Source: Chlamydiia bacterium
GTDB taxonomy: Bacteria; Chlamydiota; Chlamydiia; Chlamydiales; 2-12-FULL-49-11
Assembly (NCBI GenBank): GCA_044359535.1
Contig: JBIKLZ010000003.1
Coordinates: forward strand, 32,215-96,214
DNA length: 64,000 bases
Direction: 5' to 3'
The translations under genes were made by a program, and so were the position numbers. Positions 9,269 to 17,701 of the stretch are shown piece after piece (position 1 is the stretch's first letter; the number at the start of each line of letters is the position of its first letter). Below the pieces are notes generated by a model, which was not told the origin of the DNA, did no database searches, and saw nothing but the letters and a program-made list of their open reading frames with translations.

Positions 9269-10633
9269 TCAACAAATAAGAGAATTGTTTTTTACAGCAG
9301 TAGTAAAGGTTCTTCCTAAAAGAAGGGCAATCCCTAACCAAAAAAGGAGTAGGGGAACACAGACAATTCCACTCATTAGAAGGTAATAGGATTTTCCAAG
9401 GGAGGAGCCAAAAACCGATTGGAGGGGAGAAAGTGACATGTTAAACATGGAGCCTATTTGTTTTGATGTTCTAGATCCAAAGGTTTCTATCCATGCTTGA
9501 GCTTTAAATTTCACATCATGAGAGGTGGGTATGTAAAGCTGCTTTAATGCAGGGCCATTTAAAGCGTAGTTGATCGCTTTTGATCCAACCATCAGGATGA
9601 AGAGAAAGGATAAAGAATTTAAGGTTAAAAATCCTAAGAGGGCCGAGCCAACAATAAAAGGCATAACGGCTAAAGAGACTTTCACCCCTAAAAATCGTGT
9701 AATATTACTTATTCCCAAAAGAAGAGAGAGTAAAGAAACGGTGTTCACACTTGATGCGTAAATGCTCAAATAATTTGTAAGGGCAACCCCTGAATAAAAT
9801 GAACTTGCTGCGATCTTAAAATTAAAGTCAAAAAGGGTGACAATCACTTCGTAGATGAAGTTGACTCCAAAGATCCCAAGAAGATAGCGGTTTTTTAGAA
9901 GTAATTTTAAACCATCGAAAAATCCGGTTTCATGGGGAGGTTCTTTTTGTACAGGGGATAAAAGCTCCTTTGGGGTGGTTTTTAATAGAGCGTAGACAAG
10001 GGGAATGATTAAAAATGTCAACAAGGATAAAAGCAATAGGGAAAGAAAGTCGGTTACAAAGCCAAGTCGATGGGGCAGTCCACCGATAGTAAAAGGGAAA
10101 AGTATTCCCCCTACTTGACCTAAAGCAACCACAAGGGGAAAACCCCGTTTTGCTGATACAGCAGCGGTTGAATCTGTAGAAAAGGCCCAAAATAAAGCGA
10201 CAACTAAAGAACCAAAACTTTCAACAAAAAGGTAAAAAAGGTAGCCAATTAAGGAAGAGATGAAAAATAGGGGTGCAGATCCTTGAAGAAATAGGATAAG
10301 GAGGCTAAAAGCAAAGAGTATAATAGAATAAATCAAAGGGAGAAAAAGGAGCATTTTTTCTCTTGAAAAGGTCCCTAAAAGCTTTGTATAGAGGATGACA
10401 ATAGGAAGAAGGGCAATAACTGATACGGTTTTAGCAAAAGGAAGATTTAATTGACCGGCAAAGTGGATAAAAATAGCATCTTTTAACGGGCGAAGGGTCC
10501 AGTAAATCCCAATGATAAAAGCAAAGATAAGGCCCAATTTTAAGAATTTTTTAAATTCTTCTTCTTCGAAAACACCGAAATTAAACGTACATAGTGTTTG
10601 GAAAAAGGAGAGAAAAATCGATTTTCTTTTCAT
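9269..10633 (-). CDS. NTT/TLC family nucleotide transporter, copy B
   Basis: Close paralog of 6885..8270, with long identical peptide stretches such as MVGSKAINYALNGPALKQLYIPTSHDVKFKAQAW. Confidence 0.85.
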   Translation of the reverse strand: MKRKSIFLSFFQTLCTFNFGVFEEEEFKKFLKLGLIFAFIIGIYWTLRPLKDAIFIHFAGQLNLPFAKTVSVIALLPIVILYTKLLGTFSREKMLLFLPLIYSIILFAFSLLILFLQGSAPLFFISSLIGYLFYLFVESFGSLVVALFWAFSTDSTAAVSAKRGFPLVVALGQVGGILFPFTIGGLPHRLGFVTDFLSLLLLSLLTFLIIPLVYALLKTTPKELLSPVQKEPPHETGFFDGLKLLLKNRYLLGIFGVNFIYEVIVTLFDFNFKIAASSFYSGVALTNYLSIYASSVNTVSLLSLLLGISNITRFLGVKVSLAVMPFIVGSALLGFLTLNSLSFLFILMVGSKAINYALNGPALKQLYIPTSHDVKFKAQAWIETFGSRTSKQIGSMFNMSLSPLQSVFGSSLGKSYYLLMSGIVCVPLLLFWLGIALLLGRTFTTAVKNNSLIC

Positions 10634-10647
10634 GGGTTTAAAGGAAT

Positions 10648-11451
10648 TTATGAGCTGGGTTTAAAAGGAAGGGGGGTCTTTTTTGAGGGTTTGTGGTCAG
10701 GTGGGGATTGATCAGACCATTTTGAAACAGGGGTGGAGCTTTTATCCTCATCATTGGAAAATGTATTCCCATCGTCATTTGTCCATGTATTTCCCTGATC
10801 ATCGGTATAAGTTTTTGGTTTTTTTGGCTCATCACTTGGCCGCTTTCTACTTCCTTGGACATTTAAACAGGAACCATCCCCTTTAGAGCACCCCCCTGAA
10901 GAGGATGAGTTGGCATCATTTGTCCAAGTTTGCCCTCCATCATTAGACCAATTCCCCGCTCCTTCATTGATGGAGTTTTGAGAATTTTCTCTTTTTTGTA
11001 ACTTTGAATTTTTCCTAATAACACAAGATTTAGTCCCTTGAGGACTCCCAAGGGCGTTGACTGTAGCCCCTGTTGGAACATTTGTCCAGATTCCAAATTG
11101 GCTGATGTATTCTGGGGGTTTATCCTTCTTTTCTTTTGGGTCTTTATCCTCATCTTTTTCAGGGGGGGTGTAGTTATAGGGTCTACTTGATTCACATAAG
11201 AAAATAATAGTAAATGGGGTATAGGTTTCATCGGTGTTGGGTTCAAAAGAGCCTTGAGAAACATTATAAATATACATTTGCCCAGATACTAAATGGATAA
11301 TATCTAAAAGTCGTCCTGTGCAATCAATGATCTGAGCATTTAAAGTAAAGGCGGAATCGTTAATAAGGGAAATGGAAGTGGAAAATAAGGGAAGTACTGT
11401 AAACCCAAAAATGAAGAAAATGGATTTTTTTATTCTGAAATATAAGCCCAT
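10648..11451 (-). CDS. Secreted hypothetical protein with a low-complexity tail containing Asp-box repeats
   Basis: Signal peptide, Cys-containing N-terminal domain, then WSNDGGQTW and YTDDQGNTWTNDDGNTF. Confidence 0.65.
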   Translation of the reverse strand: MGLYFRIKKSIFFIFGFTVLPLFSTSISLINDSAFTLNAQIIDCTGRLLDIIHLVSGQMYIYNVSQGSFEPNTDETYTPFTIIFLCESSRPYNYTPPEKDEDKDPKEKKDKPPEYISQFGIWTNVPTGATVNALGSPQGTKSCVIRKNSKLQKRENSQNSINEGAGNWSNDGGQTWTNDANSSSSGGCSKGDGSCLNVQGSRKRPSDEPKKPKTYTDDQGNTWTNDDGNTFSNDEDKSSTPVSKWSDQSPPDHKPSKKTPLPFKPSS

Positions 11452-12671
11452 TTAAAATCCAAAATCCCTTTGTGTGTTAAAAAAACCTCTTTAAGAGAGG
11501 GACTTTTTAGATCTATGAAAGAGTCTTTGTATAAAGGGATTACTAAGGATTCATCGATTAAAAAGTCATCCAAAGGCCCTTCATTGAGATCTTTTATAGC
11601 CAGTTGAAAATCCCCTTTATTTATTTTATTAAAAAAAAGTGGGTCCTCTAAAAGCTCCATCTCAACTTCTATTCCAAGAGAATTTTTTAACTGAGATTGA
11701 ATGTATTTAGGCAGTTCTAAGTTTTCAGAAGCTAAATAGCTCAAAGTAAAGATGGGAAGCTTTTCTTTAGAATGGTTTTGAGATGTTGCTTCCTTGGTTT
11801 GAATTGCTGAAGCAATCGATTTTCTTAAGAGGGAATCTTTCAAAGGGAAGTAGTCGGTATTCATTTCTAAATAATGAGTGATGAATGGGGGGTGAATAAT
11901 GACATCGGCAGATGCATCTTCGATAGTGCTTTGTGTAACCAGTGTGATTTTTTGAAGTTTTACCTCTTTACTGTCGTGATAACGGCTATTTTTCTCTAGA
12001 ATAACAGTTCCATTATCAACCCAAGAGCTCACTTTAAATGGACCGTTACACACATAATGATCGATAGATGTATCCCAATTTTCATACTCTTTTACAACCG
12101 CTTCATTCATAGCAAAAAAAATTGGGGAAGCAAGCCATTGCTTAATATCAGAGACACTTTCTTCAAGTTCAATAAATAGGGTGTAATCCCCTTGAGAATA
12201 AACCCCCAAAAGGGTTGCAGGAAGCAAACCTTCTTTAATAGCTTTTGCATTTTTAATAGGAAATAAGAGGTGAGCATGAGGGGAAGAAATTTCCTTCTTT
12301 AGAGCAGATTTCCATGCAAAAATAAAGTCGTGAACGGTTAAAGGGTCGCCATTTGACCAAAGGGTCTCTTTTAGGGTGATTTGATAGGTTTTTTTGTCCT
12401 CTAAAAGTGTGCAACTTTGAGCTATCCCTTCGATGATTTCCCCCCCCTTATTGAATCTAAAGAGCCCTTCATTGAGATTTCTAAGGGTGTTTAATTCTGT
12501 AAGGGACTCAGCTTTTCGAGGGTCTAGGGATAAAAGCTCTTTTTCAATGTGGAGAGTGATTTCTTGGGGGCTTTTTTTTGTAAAGGTAGAGGTGGAGCTA
12601 TGTGAGCAGTTTAATAAGGGGAGGAGGAGAAAAAAACCAATACTTTTTATCCATCTGTTCTGTAGGTTCAT
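11430..12671 (-). CDS. OppA-like peptide ABC transporter substrate-binding lipoprotein (shortened)
   Basis: SLDPRKA, NLNEGLFR, WSNGDPLTVHDF, NGPFKV and LEKN motifs; 413 aa, shorter than a typical family 5 binding protein. Confidence 0.8.
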   Translation of the reverse strand: MNLQNRWIKSIGFFLLLPLLNCSHSSTSTFTKKSPQEITLHIEKELLSLDPRKAESLTELNTLRNLNEGLFRFNKGGEIIEGIAQSCTLLEDKKTYQITLKETLWSNGDPLTVHDFIFAWKSALKKEISSPHAHLLFPIKNAKAIKEGLLPATLLGVYSQGDYTLFIELEESVSDIKQWLASPIFFAMNEAVVKEYENWDTSIDHYVCNGPFKVSSWVDNGTVILEKNSRYHDSKEVKLQKITLVTQSTIEDASADVIIHPPFITHYLEMNTDYFPLKDSLLRKSIASAIQTKEATSQNHSKEKLPIFTLSYLASENLELPKYIQSQLKNSLGIEVEMELLEDPLFFNKINKGDFQLAIKDLNEGPLDDFLIDESLVIPLYKDSFIDLKSPSLKEVFLTHKGILDFKWAYISE

Positions 12672-12749
12672 AGCAGGTCCATTATTTATAAAAGGAGAAC
12701 CAAGTATATGTATAGAAGGTTTTTTATCAAGGATTAAGTTGAGTAAATG

Positions 12750-13232
12750 TTAATCCCCTTCCTCTAAAAGCTTCTTCTCAAAGATTTCTTGGAGACGAAC
12801 ATGTTCTTTTATTGAACTGCTAGAGGGTTTTTTAAAAGACTCACTTTTTCGATCCCTTTTTGTCAGCATAGAAAAAAAGGAGGAAGAATCGATGACCACA
12901 ACGTCTAATTCCTTAATCGCCCTTTGTAAGGCTCGATCAGAAGTAATCACCGTTACAGTTTTTATCTGTTTAATAGCATAAAGCTTTTCAAGGATAAGAT
13001 CATCGGCTTCTAAATGGGTGGGGGCAAGGACAATTGTCAGGGGGGGGTCTTGTTTAGAGTGGGGATAAGAAGAGCTGTGATGGATGGGGGTATCAAAAAT
13101 CATCTCTCCTGAGAGATGTTTATTCTTCATAAGAGAAGAAATATATTGAACAAACAACTCTCTATTTTCTAGTGATGGATCGACATCTTGAAGGGTGAAA
13201 AAAAGGTTATACCCATCGATTATATAGTGCAA
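12750..13232 (-). CDS. NYN/YacP-like PIN-fold ribonuclease
   Basis: YIIDGYNL, IFD, ADDLI and VITSDRAL motifs. Confidence 0.85.
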   Translation of the reverse strand: MHYIIDGYNLFFTLQDVDPSLENRELFVQYISSLMKNKHLSGEMIFDTPIHHSSSYPHSKQDPPLTIVLAPTHLEADDLILEKLYAIKQIKTVTVITSDRALQRAIKELDVVVIDSSSFFSMLTKRDRKSESFKKPSSSSIKEHVRLQEIFEKKLLEEGD

Positions 13233-13828
13233 AGGAGTCGAGCTTCCAAAGTGATTTTAAGTTTATCAAAAGCCTTTCTTCTATGAGAAATTTTTAATTT
13301 AACATCTTCAGTAATCTCAGCAAAGGTATGGTTGTAATCTGTACGTATAAACAGGGGGTCGTATCCAAATCCTCCAGCTCCACGCGGCGCCTCTAAGATT
13401 CTTCCCTCACAAAAGGCGGTTACCGATTTGATAAGGCCAGTTGGCAAAGCCAATGCAAGGGTGCAGTGATAATGTGCCAATCGTTTATTGTCAGTAAAAT
13501 CCTTCATCTCAAAAAGGAGCTTTTCATTATTCTCTCGATCGCTTGCATCCTTACCTGCATAACAGGCACTTAATACCCCTGGGGCCCCATTTAAAGAAGG
13601 GACAACAAGACCAGAGTCATCGGCAAGGGTGAGCATATTGCAAAACTTAGCCGCTACAATGGCCTTTTGTTGAGCATTTTCTTCAAATGAAGTAGAGCCT
13701 TCTTCAACGGGGGTAAAATCTTTGAAATCTCTAAGGGTATAAACATCAAGAGAGGGAAAATGTATTTTTAAAATGGCCTTTAATTCTAAGAGTTTATGTA
13801 AATTATCTGTCGCTAGAAGAAGTCTCAT
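13220..13828 (-). CDS. rdgB: Non-canonical purine NTP pyrophosphatase (RdgB/HAM1)
   Basis: ATDNLHKLLE, FEENA, ADDSGL, GFGYDPLF and SHRRKA motifs. Confidence 0.95.
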   Translation of the reverse strand: MRLLLATDNLHKLLELKAILKIHFPSLDVYTLRDFKDFTPVEEGSTSFEENAQQKAIVAAKFCNMLTLADDSGLVVPSLNGAPGVLSACYAGKDASDRENNEKLLFEMKDFTDNKRLAHYHCTLALALPTGLIKSVTAFCEGRILEAPRGAGGFGYDPLFIRTDYNHTFAEITEDVKLKISHRRKAFDKLKITLEARLLCTI

Positions 13829-13840
13829 GATAGTACCTAT

Positions 13841-13871
13841 AAAAAAAGAGGATACTAAGTATCCTCTTTTT
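13841..13871 (-). terminator. Intrinsic terminator downstream of the thyX-permease-hypothetical run
   Basis: Inverted repeat AAAAAGAGGATACT/AGTATCCTCTTTTT, giving a T7 tail on the minus strand. Confidence 0.75.
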
Positions 13872-13921
13872 CATCTATCCTTATTTGAATAAATCTAAGG
13901 TTCTATATCAGCTTGAGCTCG

Positions 13922-14632
13922 TCAATTGATTTGCGACTGACATAAGTGATTTATTGCATCTGCACATTCTGTGATCGATACAGTGCTTTTATACAATTTA
14001 GAGGAGAGGGATTCAAGAAGCTCTTGAGTTGAGCTATTTTTTGAAAAAAGTGTTGAGGCCTGTTCAAGTGAAATAAAAGCAATCGACTTATAAAGGGTTA
14101 AAAGCATCCTTTGTGAATGAGGGGAAGATAGATTTGTTAAGGTAAGACTTTTTTGACAATGTTGAGTTTCAAAAGAAGCATCAAGGTAGGCAGCCCCATT
14201 TGCCAGAAGCAAGAGGTAAGCAAAATCAAATCTTTCTTCGTCGTTTAAGCTCTCTAAACAAGGGTAGATAGGAAGCTTTATTTGATACTCATTTTCAAGA
14301 AAAAGCTTACATTCATTTACTTTTTCCGAAAAAAGACCTTCCTCTGGATTATGCAAAATTTCAACGCAAAGACCTAAAGTATAGAGTCTTTCAACCCATT
14401 GCTTTTTTTCTAATTCACTTAAACTGCTTAAAAATTGAGACACCTCACCTTCGCAAAACCATTCTGTTTGTAAAATCGGGGCTGAAGAATCCATAGTATA
14501 GGAAATAATCATTTGTTTTATTTGCTCTTGACAATCAAAAATGACTACAGGATCTGTCTTTGGAGTTGGATCATTAGCCTCAAGTCCCCCTAAAAATAGG
14601 GACAAGGCAATAAATAATTTATGAAGTTTCAT
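13922..14632 (-). CDS. Secreted hypothetical protein
   Basis: Signal peptide MKLHKLFIALSLFLGGLEA, AAGGA RBS upstream, 236 aa. Confidence 0.65.
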   Translation of the reverse strand: MKLHKLFIALSLFLGGLEANDPTPKTDPVVIFDCQEQIKQMIISYTMDSSAPILQTEWFCEGEVSQFLSSLSELEKKQWVERLYTLGLCVEILHNPEEGLFSEKVNECKLFLENEYQIKLPIYPCLESLNDEERFDFAYLLLLANGAAYLDASFETQHCQKSLTLTNLSSPHSQRMLLTLYKSIAFISLEQASTLFSKNSSTQELLESLSSKLYKSTVSITECADAINHLCQSQIN

Positions 14633-14686
14633 GGGTATTCCTTTAGTTTATTTTAAAAAAAATTGTAAAGATAGATGGATTATAAG

Positions 14687-15907
14687 TCAATTGGGAATTG
14701 GGAAACACTCAACGCCAAGGTGGTGAAGCACATTGGTTAAGAGAATAAAAAAAGAGAATAGAAATAAAAAGCCAAGGGTAAATTTACCTCCAAAAAGTTG
14801 ATAAGGGGAGGTTCTTTTTTCAATGTACCGTCCCTTATAAATCATCACTACAGGAAATATTCCAAAAAGGAGGACAGCAATCACTCCTCCAAAAGAGAGG
14901 GCTTTATAAAAAATGGTTGGATTTGTCCATGCAATAAAAAGGGGGGGTAAAAAGGTGAGAAGAACCATTCCAAGAGGGGCATTATTTCTATATTTTAATT
15001 TAAAACCATCAGATAAAAAGTGAGCAACACTTATGGATTGAGCTAAAAAGGAGGTTAAGATAGCTGCAAAAGAGAGTAACGAAGCGGCTAAAGCAATATG
15101 AGGAAAAAGGACTTGTAGTGTTTTAGCACCATCAAACCCCAATCTATAACTGCTTAAAATGCTATTTTCTCCTGTTAAAGGAAGGGCTCCAAGGGTAATA
15201 ATCAGCCAAATAAGGTAAATCCCTAATGTGATTAAAGAGCCTAAAATAATAGAGTGTTTTACTTTTTTCACATCCCCATGAAGATAATGAAATAAAGTTG
15301 GAATCATGTTATGAAAGCCAAAAGAGATGACAAGAATTGGGAGCGGAAAGAGCATGTATTTAGGGTTTGTATAAAAAAGGTGTTTACTTTCAATAAGGTG
15401 AAAGCTTGTTATGATTAAGGTCAAAAAAGAAATAATTTTTATAAACATCAGAACTCTATTAAGAAGATCTACAGCCTTTGTCCCAAGATAAATCATCCAG
15501 CCAAAAAAAAGGACAAAAAACAAACTCCCCATCCATTCTTTTATCCCCTTCACCCCAAATGAAGAAAGGACAGAAGTGCTGTGAATTCCACTATCGGCTA
15601 TGTAGGCAACCAATAATGAATAAAATAAAGATAGGTAAAGGACAAAGCACAGAGATTTGAAAAAGCGGCCTAATAAAGTCCCCATCATTGTCGAAAAATT
15701 GCTTGTATAAGTAAACCATGCTCCTACTTCAACTAATAAAAGTGCCGTCCCTGTCATTAAGGCCCATGCTAGAATAAACATCAGCATTGAAGGGAAAAAT
15801 CCTGCAAAGCCTGTGAGTATGGGAAGGCCTAACATCCCTGCTCCAACACAACTTCCAGTGATGAGCAACCCTGCTCCAACAACGCTTCCTTGGAACTGAC
15901 TCTTCAT
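14687..15907 (-). CDS. Aromatic amino acid permease (TyrP/Mtr, HAAAP family)
   Basis: GAGLLITGSCVGAGMLGLP, SFGFHNMIPTL and AILTSFL motifs. Confidence 0.9.
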   Translation of the reverse strand: MKSQFQGSVVGAGLLITGSCVGAGMLGLPILTGFAGFFPSMLMFILAWALMTGTALLLVEVGAWFTYTSNFSTMMGTLLGRFFKSLCFVLYLSLFYSLLVAYIADSGIHSTSVLSSFGVKGIKEWMGSLFFVLFFGWMIYLGTKAVDLLNRVLMFIKIISFLTLIITSFHLIESKHLFYTNPKYMLFPLPILVISFGFHNMIPTLFHYLHGDVKKVKHSIILGSLITLGIYLIWLIITLGALPLTGENSILSSYRLGFDGAKTLQVLFPHIALAASLLSFAAILTSFLAQSISVAHFLSDGFKLKYRNNAPLGMVLLTFLPPLFIAWTNPTIFYKALSFGGVIAVLLFGIFPVVMIYKGRYIEKRTSPYQLFGGKFTLGFLFLFSFFILLTNVLHHLGVECFPIPN

Positions 15908-15914
15908 AACGTAC

Positions 15915-17546
15915 TTATTCCTGTAAAACCGAAGCTTCCCTTAACTTTCTTTCCTTTTTCATTTCCTGATTAAGCCTTCCTAAGCTATGGCCCTCAAAAT
16001 CGACAAAAGAAAAGAAATGTTTAAATTCAGGATAGGCAGAAATCACTTGGTGACATAAATCTTGGGCTACTTTTCTGTAAGAAACATGCCCTTGGGGTTG
16101 AGATCGAAGTTCACATAACCATTGAAGGGCCCTTAAGTTAATATGGAAGTACCAACGAATATTGTAAGCCATTGGGACAATATATTGAGCCTCATGAGGC
16201 AATTCCTTAGCAAGGATAGAAAAAGCTTCTTTTGCCTTTTTTAGAGCAGAGCAATACTCTTGTTCCATCGGGGAGTCTTTAATTTCTTCTGGAATATAAA
16301 AACCTAAATCACAGGTAAGGAGTTGTTTATCTTGAGTAAGCATCCGATGTCTTTGTAGATCTCGATAAATTCCAAAATCAGCAACAATTTCGAAGGTAAA
16401 CTCTGCATGTTCCAAAGCTCTTGGGGATTTATGGCGTCTATTAGTTCTATGGATCCATCCTTTTTCTAAAATGGCATGAAGCTCTTCGGCAGATTTCCTC
16501 TTAAGCTTTTCTTTGATGTTTTCAAAAGAGCTATTGCAATGAGGGAATAAAAGAGCAGCAGCTACATTTAAGGGGGCATCTTTTGAGGAAGAAATAAGTT
16601 TTACCCTTGGTTCGGAACAAGGGTTTTCAAATAGGTCATTAAAAGGGGAGGCAATGTCATTAAGCCCTTCATTCATACTATTCATAAAGGTGGTATAACC
16701 AATGTTGTACTTATGATTTTCTTCACTTCTTCTGATAAATGAGGGAATGACCTTGTTGAGCTCAACAAAGGTTGAAGACGCAATGTGTGTCAGTTCAAAA
16801 ACAGTTCCAGCATGAAGTCTTTGAATCAGAGTTTCAAAAAACCTTCCATTTCCAAAAAGCCCCATATTTGTCATTGTTGCAGCAGGAAGAAGGCCACGAA
16901 GGCAGTCTAAAACCTTAGCGCGCAAAGCTCCATTGTAAGCTCCTTTTGAGATTGATGGGTCGTGGGGGAAGGTTTCAGCAATAACAGAGGTTAATTTGGG
17001 GATAAGCTTGCTGTAGGTTTCAAATAGAAAATCGCATGTTTTAATATAGAGATCTTTAAAGGCAGAGGCCATAATCATAGGCTCTTTATAGTATAAATAT
17101 TTGCCATCTACTTTTTGATCAAAATAGACATAGCGTGTCGATTTTTCTAAAGGAGAGCCCCCTATTCTAGAATCTTGAATAGCTTTGCAAGCAAGCATCG
17201 AAATGTTTTCAAAGGCTATGTGAGCACTTCCTAACTCTCCGATAGAGTCATCCCCATAGCCATCTAAAATTCTGTCATAGAAATTTTGAGCTTTAACAAT
17301 AGCTAAAGAGCTATTTTTCCCCCCATCACCAGAAATTTCATTAAAAAGCATCTCCTCTTTAGTGATAAATTCTTTTAATAAAAGGGAGCGTAACCCTAAG
17401 GTGGATCGTGAATATTTAGAAAATAAAGCCCCTTTAATCACTTCGGGGAGATTTTGAAGGGCAAAAATATTGCTTGTTGTAGAAGTTACATAGTTTTCTA
17501 TAAGTTTTTTTTCTTCTTCTGTAAAGGTTTCATTAAAACTATCCAT
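15915..17546 (-). CDS. thyX: FAD-dependent thymidylate synthase, chlamydial double-domain form
   Basis: ALFSKYSRS, YGDDSIGELG, EKSTRY, YRDLQRHR, ELRSQPQGH; 543 aa. Confidence 0.92.
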   Translation of the reverse strand: MDSFNETFTEEEKKLIENYVTSTTSNIFALQNLPEVIKGALFSKYSRSTLGLRSLLLKEFITKEEMLFNEISGDGGKNSSLAIVKAQNFYDRILDGYGDDSIGELGSAHIAFENISMLACKAIQDSRIGGSPLEKSTRYVYFDQKVDGKYLYYKEPMIMASAFKDLYIKTCDFLFETYSKLIPKLTSVIAETFPHDPSISKGAYNGALRAKVLDCLRGLLPAATMTNMGLFGNGRFFETLIQRLHAGTVFELTHIASSTFVELNKVIPSFIRRSEENHKYNIGYTTFMNSMNEGLNDIASPFNDLFENPCSEPRVKLISSSKDAPLNVAAALLFPHCNSSFENIKEKLKRKSAEELHAILEKGWIHRTNRRHKSPRALEHAEFTFEIVADFGIYRDLQRHRMLTQDKQLLTCDLGFYIPEEIKDSPMEQEYCSALKKAKEAFSILAKELPHEAQYIVPMAYNIRWYFHINLRALQWLCELRSQPQGHVSYRKVAQDLCHQVISAYPEFKHFFSFVDFEGHSLGRLNQEMKKERKLREASVLQE

Positions 17547-17701
17547 TGATCGACTCCATAAAATAGCCTATTCTAACTCAATAGAAGAATTTGGGCATCT
17601 TAATTCTTCAGAAAAGGATTCTCCAATTGCATCGAAAGGCCTTTTCCTGTAGTATAGAACAACAAAAAACTCATTTTTCAAAAAAAAGGTAAAAGAGCTC
17701 T

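Noticed and set aside
7186-9761. Two similar 63 aa plus-strand ORFs (7186..7377 and 9570..9761)
   Set aside because: They are antisense shadows of the duplicated NTT genes; their similarity follows from the paralogy.
10638-11264. Alternative-frame ORFs 10638..10862 and 10863..11264 suggesting a frameshifted or overlapping gene
   Set aside because: The 267 aa frame is continuous with a signal peptide and coherent motifs; the others have no recognisable features.
12750-13828. NYN/PIN nuclease with rdgB as a toxin-antitoxin or defence pair
   Set aside because: The nuclease is YacP-like, no antitoxin is adjacent, and the pairing looks like ordinary housekeeping.
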